Shown here: positions 10,824 to 25,132 of the stretch, in pieces
Position numbering within the stretch: position 1 is the first letter of the stretch
Layout of the letters: each line of letters opens with the position of its first letter
From: Microbotryum violaceum
Lineage: Eukaryota
DNA length: 64,000 bases
Reading direction: 5' to 3'
Assembly: GCA_001244265.2 (NCBI GenBank)
Contig: CDLV01000005.1
Coordinates: forward strand, 1,984,001-2,048,000
Translations under genes and position numbers: made by a program
Notes under the pieces: model-generated
What the model was told of the DNA's origin: nothing
Database searches by the model: none
What the model saw: only the letters and a program-made list of their open reading frames with translations

Positions 10824-11810
10824 TTATTCCCTCGACCCTCGTCATGCGTTGGGAAGAGCTCAAGCCGTTTATCATCGCCGATCCTGGGGTCCAAACTCGC
10901 TCACGCCACGCGTCTCCTCGTTCCGTTCCGTTGGAGCTCTCCCTGGGTAGTCTGTTCCCCTCCCCTCTCTCGTCGATTTGGATAGTCGCGTCTTCTCCTC
11001 TTGCGAGTGCAACGCTTGATTTCCTCGGTCGACTTTCCATGGCAATATGGGTCAAACAGCCACGCAGGATAGACAGGCTGTGTCCGAGTTATTGCTGCGC
11101 CACTGCACGGGGCCTGAGACAGGGGTTCGCTCTCGCCAGGTGCGGAATAGTAGGCGTATCCCCGTCGGCGATGACGATCCTCAGTATGACACATAGTGGT
11201 AAAGGCTTCAAGTCACTCTCTCGTCATTCGCGGCACTTCTATCAATCCGGTTTGCTCGACGGAGATGGGCCCGATATGTTAGAGATCCGGACTCTGCCCC
11301 AGAATATACTACTAGGGTAACCTCGGTGTTGAAAGATCGACTCAGACGGAAGCAAACTCCCACGTCGTTGCATTTTCATGAGATATAAGACATCTTGGAT
11401 CCGTATCGGTAACCTGCAAGGACGCTGCTGCCAGCGAAATACCGGGCAGGCAGGGCGCCCGGGCCGACCTCAATCTCACGCTCAAAGCCTGAGGCCGGCT
11501 TCAAGGGCTCGAAAGTGGACGACGTCGACGGTCATCGAGACGAAAGCAGTTGACTCTGTGTGTGCTCGTGCTCAAATAAATGGGATCCACCTGCTACCCA
11601 GTGCGTTTATCGGAAAATGTGGACCAACAATCGACCGCATTGATGAATTGTCCGAGTGAATGCGCCTCTAATTTGGCTTCGATTCGCCGTGCCTGGCGGT
11701 TCGCTCACTGTCGAAGACGTGCATTTAGCTCGCGCCGACGCCGTCTTCGTTCTCCCTCCAACTGCCTCAACTCCCGATCGCCTCGGCTCTTGACGACGAC
11801 GGCGACCACG

Positions 11811-11846
11811 ACCACCACCACCACCACCACCACCACCACCACCACC
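11811..11846. repeat. (ACC)12 microsatellite upstream of PSR1
   Basis: Directly visible. Confidence 0.9.
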
Positions 11847-12005
11847 CGCACCACACGCCAGTGCGAGTGCTCAGCCTCGTCCCTCGCTCACTCCGCTCAG
11901 CCGACGCGTGACGAACTAGGGCTTGGCTTGACCACACCAGTAACCACCGCAGCATCAACCGGGAGCGCACGATCTTGACCAGAAACCACAGCTCGATCAC
12001 TCGCC

Positions 12006-14276
12006 ATGACTTCCACGACGACCGCGCCAGCTTCCTCGGCGCAGGGGACCGCCACTGTGAGTCTTGCCGCCTTGAATTATGTGGAGGCTGCGTGTGGTGG
12101 CCAAGGGATGGTCTAGGTGGAGTGTGGTGATCTGTGTGTAGGGCGATGCATGGGTGCAACGGGCAACTCTCGCCTTCGCCTGACCCCTCCCGCCCCGAGT
12201 CCCCACACGCGCTTCCGCCTGGCGCGCGCTGCCTAAGCCAAACCACACCCACTGCACCCACCGCACCCACCACTCAACCCCGCCAGCCAACTTGTTGAGC
12301 CAGCGACCGAGCAACTAGGCGCGCACGCACCACCCAACGGGTTGGCTCGCCAGCTCGGCCAGCTACGTCCTACCTCCACAACACTGACCCCTGTCACTTC
12401 ATTATGCACAGCCTTCTGAAAAGACAAGACCAACACAGCAGGCTCCGAACAAGACCAAGCCGCAAGCCAAGAAGAAGCGCGCCGGTCTGTTCGCCTGTTT
12501 TGGCTGTGGTGCCGCCAGCGCTTTTGGCGACGACGACCACCACAACAAGGACGCCAACCGTCGCTCCAACGCGCCACGGACATCGACACGGCCGAATCAG
12601 ACCACTCGACCGACTCCAACCACATCATCGTCCGCGACCCCGATCGACTCCTCCGAAAAGGACAAGGATGGTTTGAATGCACCAGCCCTACTCGCGTTGA
12701 ATGAGAAGGCGGAGCTGCCGAGCTCCCACGTCACTGCCACCGGCGCTGGAGTCGCCGTCGTAGGCGGGACATCTCTGACCGGCATGGCCGCTCTGAGCGG
12801 TGCCAGTAAAGATTCGTCGACGGCCACCTCAACCGCGGTCAACACCGTCTCGACCGAGCCTTCGACCGAGCCTTCGGCCGGCGCACTTAGCGACTCGCAA
12901 GATGCGGCTCTCGCCCTCGCGCCGCCCACTTCGTCCCCGTCCCCGCAGGGCATCACTTTACCCCCCGATGAGACAGAAGGTGTACTCTCGGGTGCCGTCA
13001 TGGCCCCAGGTAAGGACATCACCCCGACGCCGACCAAAACCAGCGCAGGCGGAGGAGGAGGTCGAAGAAGACGGAAAGGCGCCGCACCGGCGAGCGAGAG
13101 CATCATCACCCAAGTGCCCGAACCGGGGCAACTACGGCATGCAATGCTCGTCCAGTCGACCGACTCGGACGACGATTTGGACGAGTCGGATGAGGACTAT
13201 GAGGATGATATCGAGGAAGAGGACGAGGAGCAGAGCCTGATCGCCCGAGGTGGGGTCGGCATTCCGATCGGAGAGGTGAGACAAATCGAAATTGCGTATG
13301 ACGCGGAGTGCAGATTGTTGTATGCGATTTGCTGATTGTGAGGTCGTTGTTCGGTTTGGACAGGACGGTCTCCCACACCCGCTATTGGACCCGCTGGCCG
13401 AAGACCTCAAGGGGCGGAAATGCTTGGTGCTCGATCTGGATGAAACACTCGTTCATTCGTCCTTCAAGGTGGGTGAAACGTCGAGGGTTAATAACTGAAC
13501 GGCATACAGTCAACTGATGGTGCAGCATAACTTTCACAGATGGTTCACCAAGCTGATTACGTCGTCCCCGTCGAGATCGAGAATCAATATCATAACGTTT
13601 ACGTCATCAAACGGCCAGGAGTCGACGGTGAGTACTGGCTATGAAGTATTCCATGGACCTGGGTGCTAAAATTGCTGACGTTTGTTCTTTGATCGAATAG
13701 CGTTCCTCAAAGCCATGGGCGAAATCTACGAAATCGTCATCTTTACCGCGTCGCTGTCGAAATACGCCGACCCGGTTTTGGATCAGCTCGATATTCATCG
13801 GGTGGTCCAACACCGGCTGTTCCGAGAGAGCTGCTACAACAACAAAGGCAACTATGTCAAGGTCAGTGGCTGCCGCTCTGCTATGCACTTGTTGGACGGA
13901 CTGCCACGTACTGATGCGCGACCTGGCTTGATGGGGCACCTTTCACTAGGATCTGTCGCAGCTCGGGCGGCCGATGGGCGAATGCATCATCATCGACAAC
14001 TCACCTGCATCATATGTCTTCCACGTCAACAACGCTGTACCTATCTCTTCCTGGTTCAATGACCCGTAAGCCCGGAGACTGGAATTTCATTTTTCTGCGG
14101 GCGTGACTGATCAGTGCGAGCTGCCCGTTCAACACAGACACGACACCGAGTTGACAGACCTCGTGCCCTTCCTGACCGACCTCGGCCAAGTAGACGACAT
14201 CCGATCCGTTCTAGATGCAGGATTATACCAACACTTGCAGTCGTCGACCGAGGGTGAATCGTTTGCACTTGCGTGA
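12006..14276 (+). CDS. PSR1: FCP1/SCP (NIF) family HAD phosphatase, Psr1/Psr2-like
   Basis: [51 protein letters not shown]-terminal GLFACFGC (palmitoylation-like). First exon 12006-12056 is inferred. Confidence 0.9.
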
Positions 14277-15904
14277 ACGACCGACGGACCCTTTCCGCAT
14301 TTACATTTCCTTTCGGCACCTCGCTCGCCCCTCGGTTGGGTCCGATTCTTCGGGACCCGATTTCTCTCCTCGCCTTCCTGCCGGCGAAGGCTATATTCTG
14401 GGTGGACCCCCTTCTTCCGAATCCTCCTTTCCTTCATTTTCCTTGTGTTCCCTCTCACCCTCTCTGATTACTATATAAGAGCATCCGTTCGCTCTCGATT
14501 TAACCCTCGTTACCCAACCTTCTTCCCTTCCACTTTTATGATGTCAAGCCCCCACTGTTTCTCTATTCTCTTCGTCTTCTCTATACTCTATACATCGTCT
14601 CATTCACGAAACGTAATCATGCCGAGGCGGTTGTAATCGATTCCGCCCATCTCCCCTACTCCTCGAATGGTCCAGTCGGACGTCCTAACTCAGGGGCCCG
14701 CGTCTTTCCCGAGACAAGCTGGAAAGCTGTGGCATGATGCGAACCCGAGGTCAATTTGAAGAAGGCTAGTGGTATTCTTGGGTAAAGCTGACGATGCCGA
14801 TTATAGGATCGATATAGAAGTTCCGAATCAGCTAAGGCCTCGACGCGTGGATCAGACGTTCGATCGGACCCTGGTCAGCTCGCACGATGGCGGGTACGGG
14901 CTCAGGCCGGGGACTGCACCCACCCTGAGCTATGGTATCATATCACAATCTCATTCGTCTGATTTGACATGCAATGCACTCGCTAGCGCTATCGTAATTC
15001 CCCCCGGACTCTCGGCGCGGATTTCACCTCAGCTTCAAGTTCAGCATCAAAAATATCGCGTAGCTGGTTTGGACAGTGCAAGTAGTCCTCAAAATATCTA
15101 TGTGTGTATTTATTTATTACTACCCGGCATCTGATGTAAAGTAGAGGAATCCTCTTCTTCGGAAATTCTCTTTTCCTTGTTGAAATAAGGCGCGGTATTG
15201 CGCCGCTGCGGTTGAACAAAAAGTGAATTGAAGGTTCTTACCCACATAAATGAATTTGAGCAAGAATGGCGGCAGAGGAGGTGGTGTGTATATACACGTG
15301 AAATGTTGAAGGAAATGTTGAAAAGGGTAGTCCATCCCAATTTACGCATTCACCAACTGCAGGCATTGTGAGAGATCCCGAGAGCTTGGACGCTGAAACT
15401 TTACGCTGCACACCATCTAATACAGTGATTTCTGTCCCTTGCATCGTTTACAGGATTTAGCTTCGTGCTCCTTTTTCAGAGAGAGTCTTGAATAAGACAC
15501 GCGACAGAGAAAGAACGACTCAAGACGACGGTCGAATCGATATTGAACGGCGCACTTTTGAATCCCTTCCAGCCGCCCCTCGCCGCCTTCCTGGCCGTGA
15601 CTCGTGGAGTCGCTCGGCGAGAGCTCTGACTCGCACAGGCCAAAGTTGGTCTACTGCAATATAATTGTCCATAACCGAATAAATAAAAATTTACCCCAAG
15701 GAAGGTATACTGTGCTAAGAATGGCCAATAGTGGAAACGAACAACACGGAGGAAAAACTTCATAATGGTGGGAACAAAACAACGCGCAAGTTCTCCGAGT
15801 CCCTTCGTGTAAGAAGATGGCAAAAGAGACGGGAGGAGGTAGAGGGGGGAAGAAAGTCGAAAACTAATCTCTATGAGGTTCGTAAGATGGCTGCGTAGTG
15901 TCCT

Positions 15905-18357
15905 TTAGAACGCCGGTTGAGGGCATGCCACGGCCGGTAAAGTCGAAGGAGGGGTTCGACCGGTGGCCCGGTAGTAAAATTGGACCACCTGAAGAATGCG
16001 CGCTTGGTCGGCGGCACTGTTGCCATTGGGGTAGTACATTGAGTAACCGTCGGAGTGAGGCACGAAAGCGCAGCATTGCGAGTCGTGGCCTTGAATCGAC
16101 CAGGAAAGCACTCCCACTGCACATCAGGATAATCCGAACAGTCAGTGCCATGAGCGCTTGGATGAGGGAGGACGGGTGGAACCGAACTAACTGTAGGTTT
16201 GCGCCAAAACGGCGTTGAGGTAGGTCGCCAAATCGTCACCGCCAAAGCTATTGGTCCAATCGAACTCGCCCAGCAAGAAGCCCTTGTTGTACTTCTGCAC
16301 GATGGGGATTTCAGCGTTGAGCAAAGCGACGTTGCGCGGGTAGCCATGATCCGACATGAGGTCGATGTTGGTCACGTTCAGACCCGGGGCCAGAGCCTTG
16401 GTCGTGTAGTTGTAGAAACCATCGGAACCGTCGATGATGAGCGACTTGGGGGACAAGCCCCTGATCAAGGACGCGACTCTGTTGGTCCAGTATTCGGGAG
16501 GGTAGTTCTCCTTGCCGATGTAGCCTCCGAGCTCATTTCCTGTTTCAGGTCAGAGTGAAAACCCGGAGAGATGAGCTGGCATCTACCACCTGGGTTTGAC
16601 GGAGAACAAACGTACCAGTCTCCCATGCCATGATCGTGGGGTCGTTTTTGTAAGCGAGTCCGTTGTAGGGGTTGACGCGGTTCATGACGAAGTTGACGTA
16701 ATCTCGAAAAGGCGCGTAGACGGTGTTGGTGTTGAGGAAGCTCGCACCATAGTTGGCCACGCTCGCCCCGACGAAGCGGATGTAAGAGTACTTGCCACCG
16801 TGGTAGAAATCGCTGCAAACAAGGCAAAAAAATCAAAATTAGCGTCAAGGTCAAGAATGAATTTGTGAAGAGATCCGCGGGCGTACTAGTTGTCGGTCAA
16901 GGGCATGACGATGCGTAGACCGTATTGCCCTGCAGCGTAGATGACGTAATCGTGAATGTCGAGTTGCGCCGCGCCACCAAAGACCTGGTACGACGGGTTC
17001 ATCGCTGCAGAATATGGCGGACCTTTGAAGTTAGCCGAGAAACACAACTGGAGGCTCGTACAACCGTGCACGAGCATTGAGAACCTACCTTGGGCGTAAG
17101 CGACACTGGTACCGCACGAGGTCAATCGGATGGTGTTGGCACCCATGGCCACGGCGATGGCAAGAGCTTCGCGGACTCGGGTTTTATCGGTGGGCGTCCC
17201 TTTGGAGACACCGGCAATGTTTTCACTGAGGAAAAAAGGGGTTCATCTGTCAGGCCAGGATAGGGTTCAGACGTTGTCTCCGCCGGGTCTTACTCGTTGC
17301 AAAGCCCTATATGAAGCAGCAAACGAAAAGAAGCGAACAGGGTGAGCCACCAGAGTGTAGACATGAGTGCGCCAGATTCGTTCCGGCTCACAGTAGATGT
17401 TGGTGCCCACGATCCTGTAGGTCGCCCCGTCAAGGGTCAAGCCCTGGCCCGAAGACGCACGCTTGACGTAACTTGTGGCCTTGGGGAGGGTGCCAGTGCC
17501 AGAGATGGTTGTGCCACCGGCAGTGTAAGCTGGGGCGCAGGTTCCTGCAGAAGTTGTCGAAGCGGTCGTCGTGGAAGTCGTCGTGGGGTTTTTACTAGGA
17601 GTCGTTGTAGCCGTCGTGGTCCTCGAGGCTTGCAGTGGCCAGAAAACGCGCAAGGTCAGCACCGAGAGCGCCAGATGTAAATTCAGACAGTCCGCCTTGC
17701 AAAAAAAAAAAAAAAAACTGTGCTGTAAATTACGGAAACAAGCACTTACCCGTGGTAAAAACCGTGGTCGTGGTGGAGGCCGTACTGAGCCACAATGAAA
17801 TGAGCCAAGCTGAAGGTCAGTTCCCGGCATGCTCTGCCATTGGCATCGCTCGCTCGCCACCCCTGAGGATGCACTCACGTCTTAGATGCTGCTGCCGCCG
17901 ATACCGCCGCTGCCCTGGACGCCACAGCTGCGGCTCTTTCGCTGTTTTTAGCAGCTTGAGCAGCCGCTCGGGACTCGGCTGGCGTGAGGGGTGCGCGTTT
18001 GGCGATCTTCAACACCCCCTTTGGGGCCGAGTCTTCGCTCGGAGTCGCAAAGTAGAAGGCCGCCCGGGCCTCGATCTCGTCCAAGGGGGTCACACCGTCC
18101 CATCCTTCGTCGGCGGGATGAGCGAGAAGATATCGTCGCACTTCGGCCTCTCGTTTCTCTGCCGTCGCTCGGCGCACCACGGAGTTGTTGTTGACGACGA
18201 CCATGGTATGGACGGCCCGCGCATGCGCGGCACGCGCTCGCACGCGCTTGGGGACCGCGAGATCCCAGGTCGGGATCGACGAGGCAACATTGCCGGTCGG
18301 CTCGGCCACGACTGTCGAGGCGGCGACCGAAAGGCACACTAGTACTTGGAGCAACAT
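15905..18357 (-). CDS. Secreted glycoside hydrolase family 5, endo-beta-1,4-mannanase-like
   Basis: Signal peptide; Thr-rich linker; IVGTNIY, AMGANTIR, YGLRIVMPLTDN, YKNDPTIMAWETGNE (acid/base), HGYP, FLLGEF (nucleophile). Confidence 0.9.
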
Positions 18358-19450
18358 GGTGTCGCCGAGTCAAAAAATTTGGTTTCGGGCAGAGGTGGGA
18401 GCGGAGATCTGAGGCGATGAGGACCGTCGTCAGGGCTATTGATCGGAGTCCGCGAGACGATTTGAGACTCGGGGCGCGCTTCCGCAGCTCCAGATCTTCG
18501 GATCTGAGATCGAGTTCGAGAGGATCGTCGGATCACCGAGGACTGTGTGGTACAGAGAATTGAAAGAGGGGTAAGACTCTTCGATGAAATGAAGCAGCTG
18601 TCGCAAGAAGGACCTACGCAGGATGGAGTGTGTGAAGGATTAAAAAGAAAGCTGCATCGGAGCCAAGCCAGCGAGACGGACTCGGAATCACGACCGGAGG
18701 TCCAGGCTGGACCATCGGGCGACGAGGGCCAGTGCTGGAGCCCGACGAGCCCGGCGGGTGCGAGCGCGCGAACTCGTCCAGGTTTCACCCTGAGCTGCGG
18801 GTGAGGGCGGCCACTCATCCAGAATCTCCGGCTCTGCTCCGTGGCTGTTGGCTCTTGTGCCCGTCTGTGCGAGACCATCGTGAGCACCCGCAGCAAAGCC
18901 CCGGGCCCCGGAGTCTGCAAAAAACCACGAGTGGGGGACTCACATCATTTCTCAATTTTTGGCGGCGACAGTCCGGGTTTTTAACCCTGCAGTGCTCGAA
19001 TCGGCCAAGTAGAAAATACTGCTTGTGACGCATCCCGAACCTTCGGCTACCAGACACGAAAAGGCACCCAGTATCCGAGTCTTGCGATGATGGTTGCCCG
19101 ATTTCGAATCGGTGACACAGCTTTGCAACATTTAAGGAACATGACCGTGGGTGGTACTCCCTGATTCCTACGTCTCTTTCCCAGAGGTGTGAAAGGTAGA
19201 GGGAATAACACCATGATCGGTATGTCGGCAAAGTCTTCGGAGCTGCCGCGCGATCGAACGGCGACTGCGGATGGAAGCCGCGATAAGAGGTCCGTGCGAG
19301 GAAGCCGAGCCCAAGGTAATCCCGTGCGCTGGGCCTGACGCGGCTTGAAAGCGAGCGATCACCAAGAAGCGATTGAGCTGCCTCCCAGGTGCTTTCAACT
19401 CGCACTTTGCCCCACCCACCCTCTACCAGCTTGTTCCGATCTCGACCAAG

Positions 19451-21178
19451 ATGCAGTTCAAAGATCGAACGAACGAGTTCCGTTCGTGCGTCGAGTCGGC
19501 GGCGGTGCGAGTGACCGGCAACGGCAGTGACGTGCGCCGACCGCTGCTCAAGAACGGCTCGCGCGACGACAAGAAGGGACAGCGCTCCGAGTTCGCCAGG
19601 ATGGCCGCCAAGATCGGCAAGGACATCCAGGGGACCACTTTCAAGCTCGAGAAGCTCGCCCAATGCAAGTCGACCTCGGAGTCGAGCTGTGACTCGACGG
19701 GGATCGCGGTCGACGAGGCTGGCTCGTCCACGTCTCGCGCTCGTCTCATCAAATGCATGTGAACACCAAAGCTGACATAAGCATATACCATATTCTTTCA
19801 CAGTGGCAAAGCGCAAGACCTTGTTCGACGATCGGCCAGTGGAAATCAGCGTCAGTGGGAATGACCGGACACGTCGCGTCGGGATCGAGCATCAGCGAGA
19901 CTCAGGAGGTACTGACACAGACCTCGTACATCGTAATACCATCAGGAATTGACCTTCATCATCAAACAAGACATCGCCGCACTCAACCAGCAAATTTTAC
20001 AACTGCAGCAGTTCACCAAGAACACGCTCAACGCCGCCGGCATGTCGAAACAGATCTCGGAGCACAACAACAACGTCGTCATGATGCTCCAGAGCAAACT
20101 CGCCGACACAAGTATCGGATTCAAGGACGTGCTCGAGATCAGGACCCAGGTGAGGAAGCATCGTTGTGGCAGCCATAGCCGGACCTTAGCTGTCTGGAGT
20201 GATCGTCCCGCCGCGGCCCTTGACTGACTCGAAATCAACTCTTCGCAGAACATGAAAGCATCGCGGGACCGGACAGAGCAGTTCATGTACACGGGGAACA
20301 ACGCACCGGCGGGGCCAGCGTCCGGTAAGTCTTGAGCTGCATAGCACTGTGCATAGGTGCCCGGAGGACCGTGTGGTCGAGCCGGACCGACCTGACGACC
20401 TGATCACTTACCAAAAGTCCTCCGCTCACGCAACCCGCATGGTGGGAATGGTGCCGCCGAACCCGATCTTCGTTCAGACTCGCCCCTGTACCGACAACCG
20501 ACACCGAGTAGCAAAGGCAAAGGGCGAGATCTCGGGCCAGGCAATACTCCTGGCGGTGGGCAAGCCGACTTTCTCGCGTTGGACTTTGGGAACTCGCAGG
20601 CGGGGACAGGGATGCCAGAGCAAGGATTCATGCAGCAGGAGCTGGCGTTGCAGCAAGGCGATGTGAATGCTGTCCCGTCTCTTTGGAGATCACGCTGACG
20701 GGGACGAGGGCTAATGTGTTGTTCTTGGCGCCACAGGAGCAATATATGAATCAACGAAGCACAGCGATCGAGACCATCGAATCAACGGTCGCAGAGCTAG
20801 GTCAGATCTTTTCGCAGTTGGCAACAATGGTTGCAATCCAAGGCGAGGTCGTCACTCGGATCGACGCAGACACGGAGGAGATCGCAACAAACGTTAGCGG
20901 CGCACAATCGTAGGTTACGAACAAACAGGGATGCCAGAGCGTTTGATTGGCATTGTAATACTGAATCTATTGGTTGCGGCAACGCAGTGAACTGCTCAAG
21001 TACTACGCTTCCGTCTCGTCGAATCGCTGGCTGATGCTCAAGGTGAGTGGTGCTGGCGGTGCGCTAGTCTGGCCCTCCTGAACCAAGAGCTTATGATACT
21101 GACGAGCGCTTTTGCGAATGTGAACAGGTGTTTGGCGTTTTGATTGTCTTTTTCCTCATTTTCGTTCTCGTCTCGTAA
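19451..21178 (+). CDS. SED5: cis-Golgi t-SNARE syntaxin-5
   Basis: N-peptide KDRTNEF; LAKRKTLFDDRPVEI; SNARE motif RSTAIETIESTVAELGQIFSQLA; C-terminal TM helix (VFGVLIVFFLIFVLVS). Confidence 0.95.
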
Positions 21179-22394
21179 CGCATTGTGTCAGTAATGAGCA
21201 TCCATCTTCTACTCCAACAACGTTGGGACCTCGGCTCATCGCCAACTTTGGAGAACGTCGCGCGATCGGCCGCCCGGTGTACCTCCGTCTGAGGCACCTC
21301 CTCGTCTCGTGCGTCAGTGTCAACCCCGGCAGCACGGTGGAAAAGGGAGCAAGCATGCACGTGCTAGCCATACGACCTTCGACTTGAGGAACAGCGCATG
21401 CGCACCCCGTGCTGCCGATGCGCAATTTTCTCAGCAGGTGCTAGTCGAGGAGGAGGTGCAGGAGGAACTAAGCCTTTGAGGTGATCCAAGAAGTTCTCGA
21501 CTCCGGATTCCCCGTACTTGGTCTGGAGCTTCATCATTGGCGTCCTTTCGCCACCACGTTCCGATCCCTGATCGCCCTCGTGAAAATGAGGAGTTCCGTG
21601 CGTAGGCAGCAAGTAAGGCACGGCTTGGAGGAAGAGGCAGGGTTCGATCGGTAACGCCGCGCAGACAGACGACTGGGCATCGACCGAGCCGGCGCCGTCG
21701 AAGCGGGAACTGAACGTGTTCACTCATTGGGCTGGAATGCAATCGCTTGAAATAAGGTCTAATGGCTGATGGGGAAAAGCAGAAGCTTGTTCGCGCTCTG
21801 ATGGGTGAGATCGGACTCCGACCTTTCGGGCTAGATCGAGCGCCGAGCCAGAGGAAGCTTGCCAGGCAGGCAGCTTTCATGCACACTCGTGACTGGTGTC
21901 CAATTGAGCATCGCACCCCCAATTTCAAATCACCGAATCGTTTTCACTGAAGTGCATCTTGTCGCCGGCGTGCCGGGCCCCGGCGAAGGCTTGCGCGCGC
22001 GCGCAAGGTCACAGTGCCAAGCCATTCGTCTTGGCGCCAGGCCAAGCCCAAGTTCCGACCTCAGTGTCGATGTCCAATCACGGCCATGCCTGGTAACGGA
22101 ACGTGCTGGCTCGATAGGAGATGTGCAGCTCTTGCGAACGTCAAGGATGGTGAGCTGAAATTACACGCGACTGGATTCTCGAATTGAGCACGTGCGAGGC
22201 TTCGTACGCTAAAGGCGTATCATGGCGCGCATGGAGCAAGCCGTCGTCGGGCGGATCACTCACGTCGGGTCGCCCTCAATTTCATCCTCGATCCCGCCGG
22301 TCAACCTTCGAAAGCGTGCCTCTCGCAACTTTCTCCTTTCCACCTTCTCCATCCAACCTTATCAAGTAACAAAACCCCACGAAGACCATTTGAA

Positions 22395-24508
22395 ATGACT
22401 AACTTTGCTGAAGTCTGGCGGTCGTTCACGCACGAGGAGAAGCGCAACATCGGTCAGTGCTCTTTCGACTTTGGCCGGACACCCAGTGGCTGCTTGGATG
22501 CGGGCGGAGAGAGCTGACATGCGTCGGGGATACATTCTCACATGCGCTCTCCATAGCATGGTACATTCTCGGTATCATGATGTACGCTGCCGTTTGATAA
22601 CAAAGCTTCCACTTACTTTCGAGTGCACCACTGACTCGGGATCTTCCTTCCGTCCTAACTTTGTTGAATGGCCACCGCGCTCCGTGCCATGCCCCCGCCC
22701 GCCATCACTTCACCTCAAACTCCTCTCGGGCGCGGTTCTTTGAAATTTGGGCAGGTACAAGCTCGGTCTCGAATTCTTCAACGGTTCCATCACCACCCTT
22801 GCCACCGATCGTTTCCGTGCTGCCAACACTTTCACCAAGCTCGGCGCGGCCCAAGGTGTCAACCAGGCTATGCAATGCGTCGGCGCCATCCTCATCGCCC
22901 CTCTCGTCAAGGCTCTCCCGACCCGTACCGTCCTCGCGGGCGCGGTCACCTTCTTCGCTTTGATGACTACGCTATTGCTCATCATCGATGCCGCCACCGG
23001 TGGTTCGATCAAGCGTGCCGGCGCGACCAAACCTGATTACGGCTCGTGGAACCCCAACTTGATCTTTGTCATTTGGTCCTTGTCCGGTATCGCTTGTATG
23101 TCGGCAGTGACGGAGCCTTACGAGCGGCCTGGGCTCAGACGTGATCTGTTTTTTTTTTGTGACCCTTTGCCTACGACAGACGGTATGGTCGAACTTATTC
23201 GACGTGTCATCCCCGCCGATGTCGTTGGCGGCAACGTATCCAAGCTCCGTCGCATGGATGCCACCGTCCACGTCCTCGTGAGTCGGCTTGATGGGCTCAA
23301 TTTCCAGTAGTAACCGTGTGCTAACGGAACGTTAGTCAAACCATTAATCATCTCACAGTACGAAGTTGCTGGTACTTCGGGTGCATTCGCCTCGTCCGCG
23401 GCCATCACTCGCCTCGGCAACAACTATTCCTTCCTGGTCTCCCCTATCTTCTTCGTCCTCGCCGCTGTTGCGTGGTCGTTCGTCGGCGCCCTCCGCACGA
23501 ACCATAATGAAGCGGATGGCGACGAGCCTGCTCTTGCCGCAGTTGATAAGGATGGCAAGAGGAAGAACTACTTTGCCGCTGTGGGCAACGGCGCTTACCT
23601 CTTCTGCAAGTCGGTCGGTCTCGGTGCCTGGATCGTCATGTCGCACCGTCGCTTCATCTGGCTGTTCCCTGGTTGTGCGTATATTTTTGATAAATAAACT
23701 TCATTTCGAGTTTGTAACTGACTTTTTGAATACGCCTCGCCTCCATGCAGACGCCGTTGCCCTCTACCTTCATCGCTTCCTCGAGTCGTCGCTTGCGCCG
23801 GCTTTCGCGCGCCGCGTTTTGAAGGTCTCGGCCTACTCACAAATCATCGTCGGCGGTTCCAACTTTGGTGAACTCCTCGGTGCCGCGACCGTCTTCCTCT
23901 TGTCCGACTACGTCCCCACCCCTTTGCCTTGGCTCCGACTCGACGCTCTCGCGCTCAACATCGTCTGGATCCTCCCTCGCTTCTCGCAAATCGCCCAACC
24001 CCGCCAGGTCCGATGGGCATGGTACATCGCCGCCTGCTTCATCCCCATCTCGTTTGGATGGGCTGCAGGTGACGTTTCCCTCGCGGCCTACATTCAATCG
24101 TCGCTCACGACGATGGACTTTGCCGCCGCCAAGGACGTCTCGGCCCTCGGTGCGGTCATGGCCTTCTTGTACTCGACCTACATCGTATTCAACGCCGTCC
24201 TTTCCTCGGTCTTGGGTCGCGTCATCGATCAAGACTTTACGCGCACGGGCACGATCTACAAGGCTTTACAACAAGTCGGTGGGATTCAATTCAGTGTCGC
24301 ATCGGCTTTGATCTTGCTCGCGACTCTGATCCCGATGGGAGCGTTCGCATTCAACCCCAAAATGCTCAACTCGATGCCTTTGGAAGGCGATGTTGCCCAT
24401 GAGGAGGCATTGGATGCCGAATACGTCGCCAAGGGCGCTGATAGCACCTCCGGTAGCGACTCGGACTCGGTCGAGAGGGAGAAGAAGCTCGCTGCCATTT
24501 CGGCATGA
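22395..24508 (+). CDS. Multi-pass membrane protein, MFS-like transporter
   Basis: Spliced N-terminus EKRNIAWYILGIMMYKLGLEFFNGSI (25-nt micro-exon 22557-22581); GMVELIRRVIPADVVGG; many hydrophobic segments. Confidence 0.8.
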
Positions 24509-25132
24509 ACGCCACGAGTGGTATGACCTCCGTATATCGCTATCCTAATGCCTTTGGACTTGAAGTGAAAAATTCCACTCTTTATCATGAACATAGACAG
24601 ACGCTGTATTCTTGTAGATTGCCAGTGCCAAAGAGGTGGCTTGTTTTCACTATACTAAAGCGCCTTCACAAAATCAAACATTCAGTCGAAAAAGACATTT
24701 CTCGGCCTGAGCCCGGGTACACCCCGCGACGTTTTCCGGGGGAATAGGAGCTCAACCCGGCCCGCCCACGCTCTTTGCCTGGCCTATATAAGCAAGACGG
24801 GTCTTGTTTGAGTTCTGCAGCACCGATGCGACATTATATAGCTTAAACTGGGGACAGAGGGTCTCGGTGCCGAATTCTGTGCATATTGCGGCTCTGGAGT
24901 TTGAAAAGGCCGATCCCAAAACGGCAAAGTGAGCTGCAAGCCGTGGCTCTCCTACCCCCGGCTGCCGTCCGCGCGCGCTAGCACGGCGACTGCAGGCTGG
25001 CTGCAACGACGGCGGAGATGCAGCTCTCACCCACACGCAATCACCTCGACCCGTCGTTGCCGCGCACTCCGCTTGCCTTTGACTTCGTGTTCGCCCTCGC
25101 CGTCGTTGCTGGGCCGTGGCCGTTGCCTCGTC

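Noticed and set aside
10718-11320. 200-aa ORF
   Set aside because: GTG start, no recognisable motif, and it overlaps the better-supported last exon of gene B in another frame.
18815-19816. 333-aa minus-strand ORF and similar long antisense ORFs over UBR1, GYP5 and GH5
   Set aside because: Shadow ORFs expected in GC-rich coding DNA; this one is partly antisense to SED5.
21364-21723. 119-aa minus-strand ORF downstream of SED5
   Set aside because: Somewhat protein-like, but no domain or convincing gene structure.
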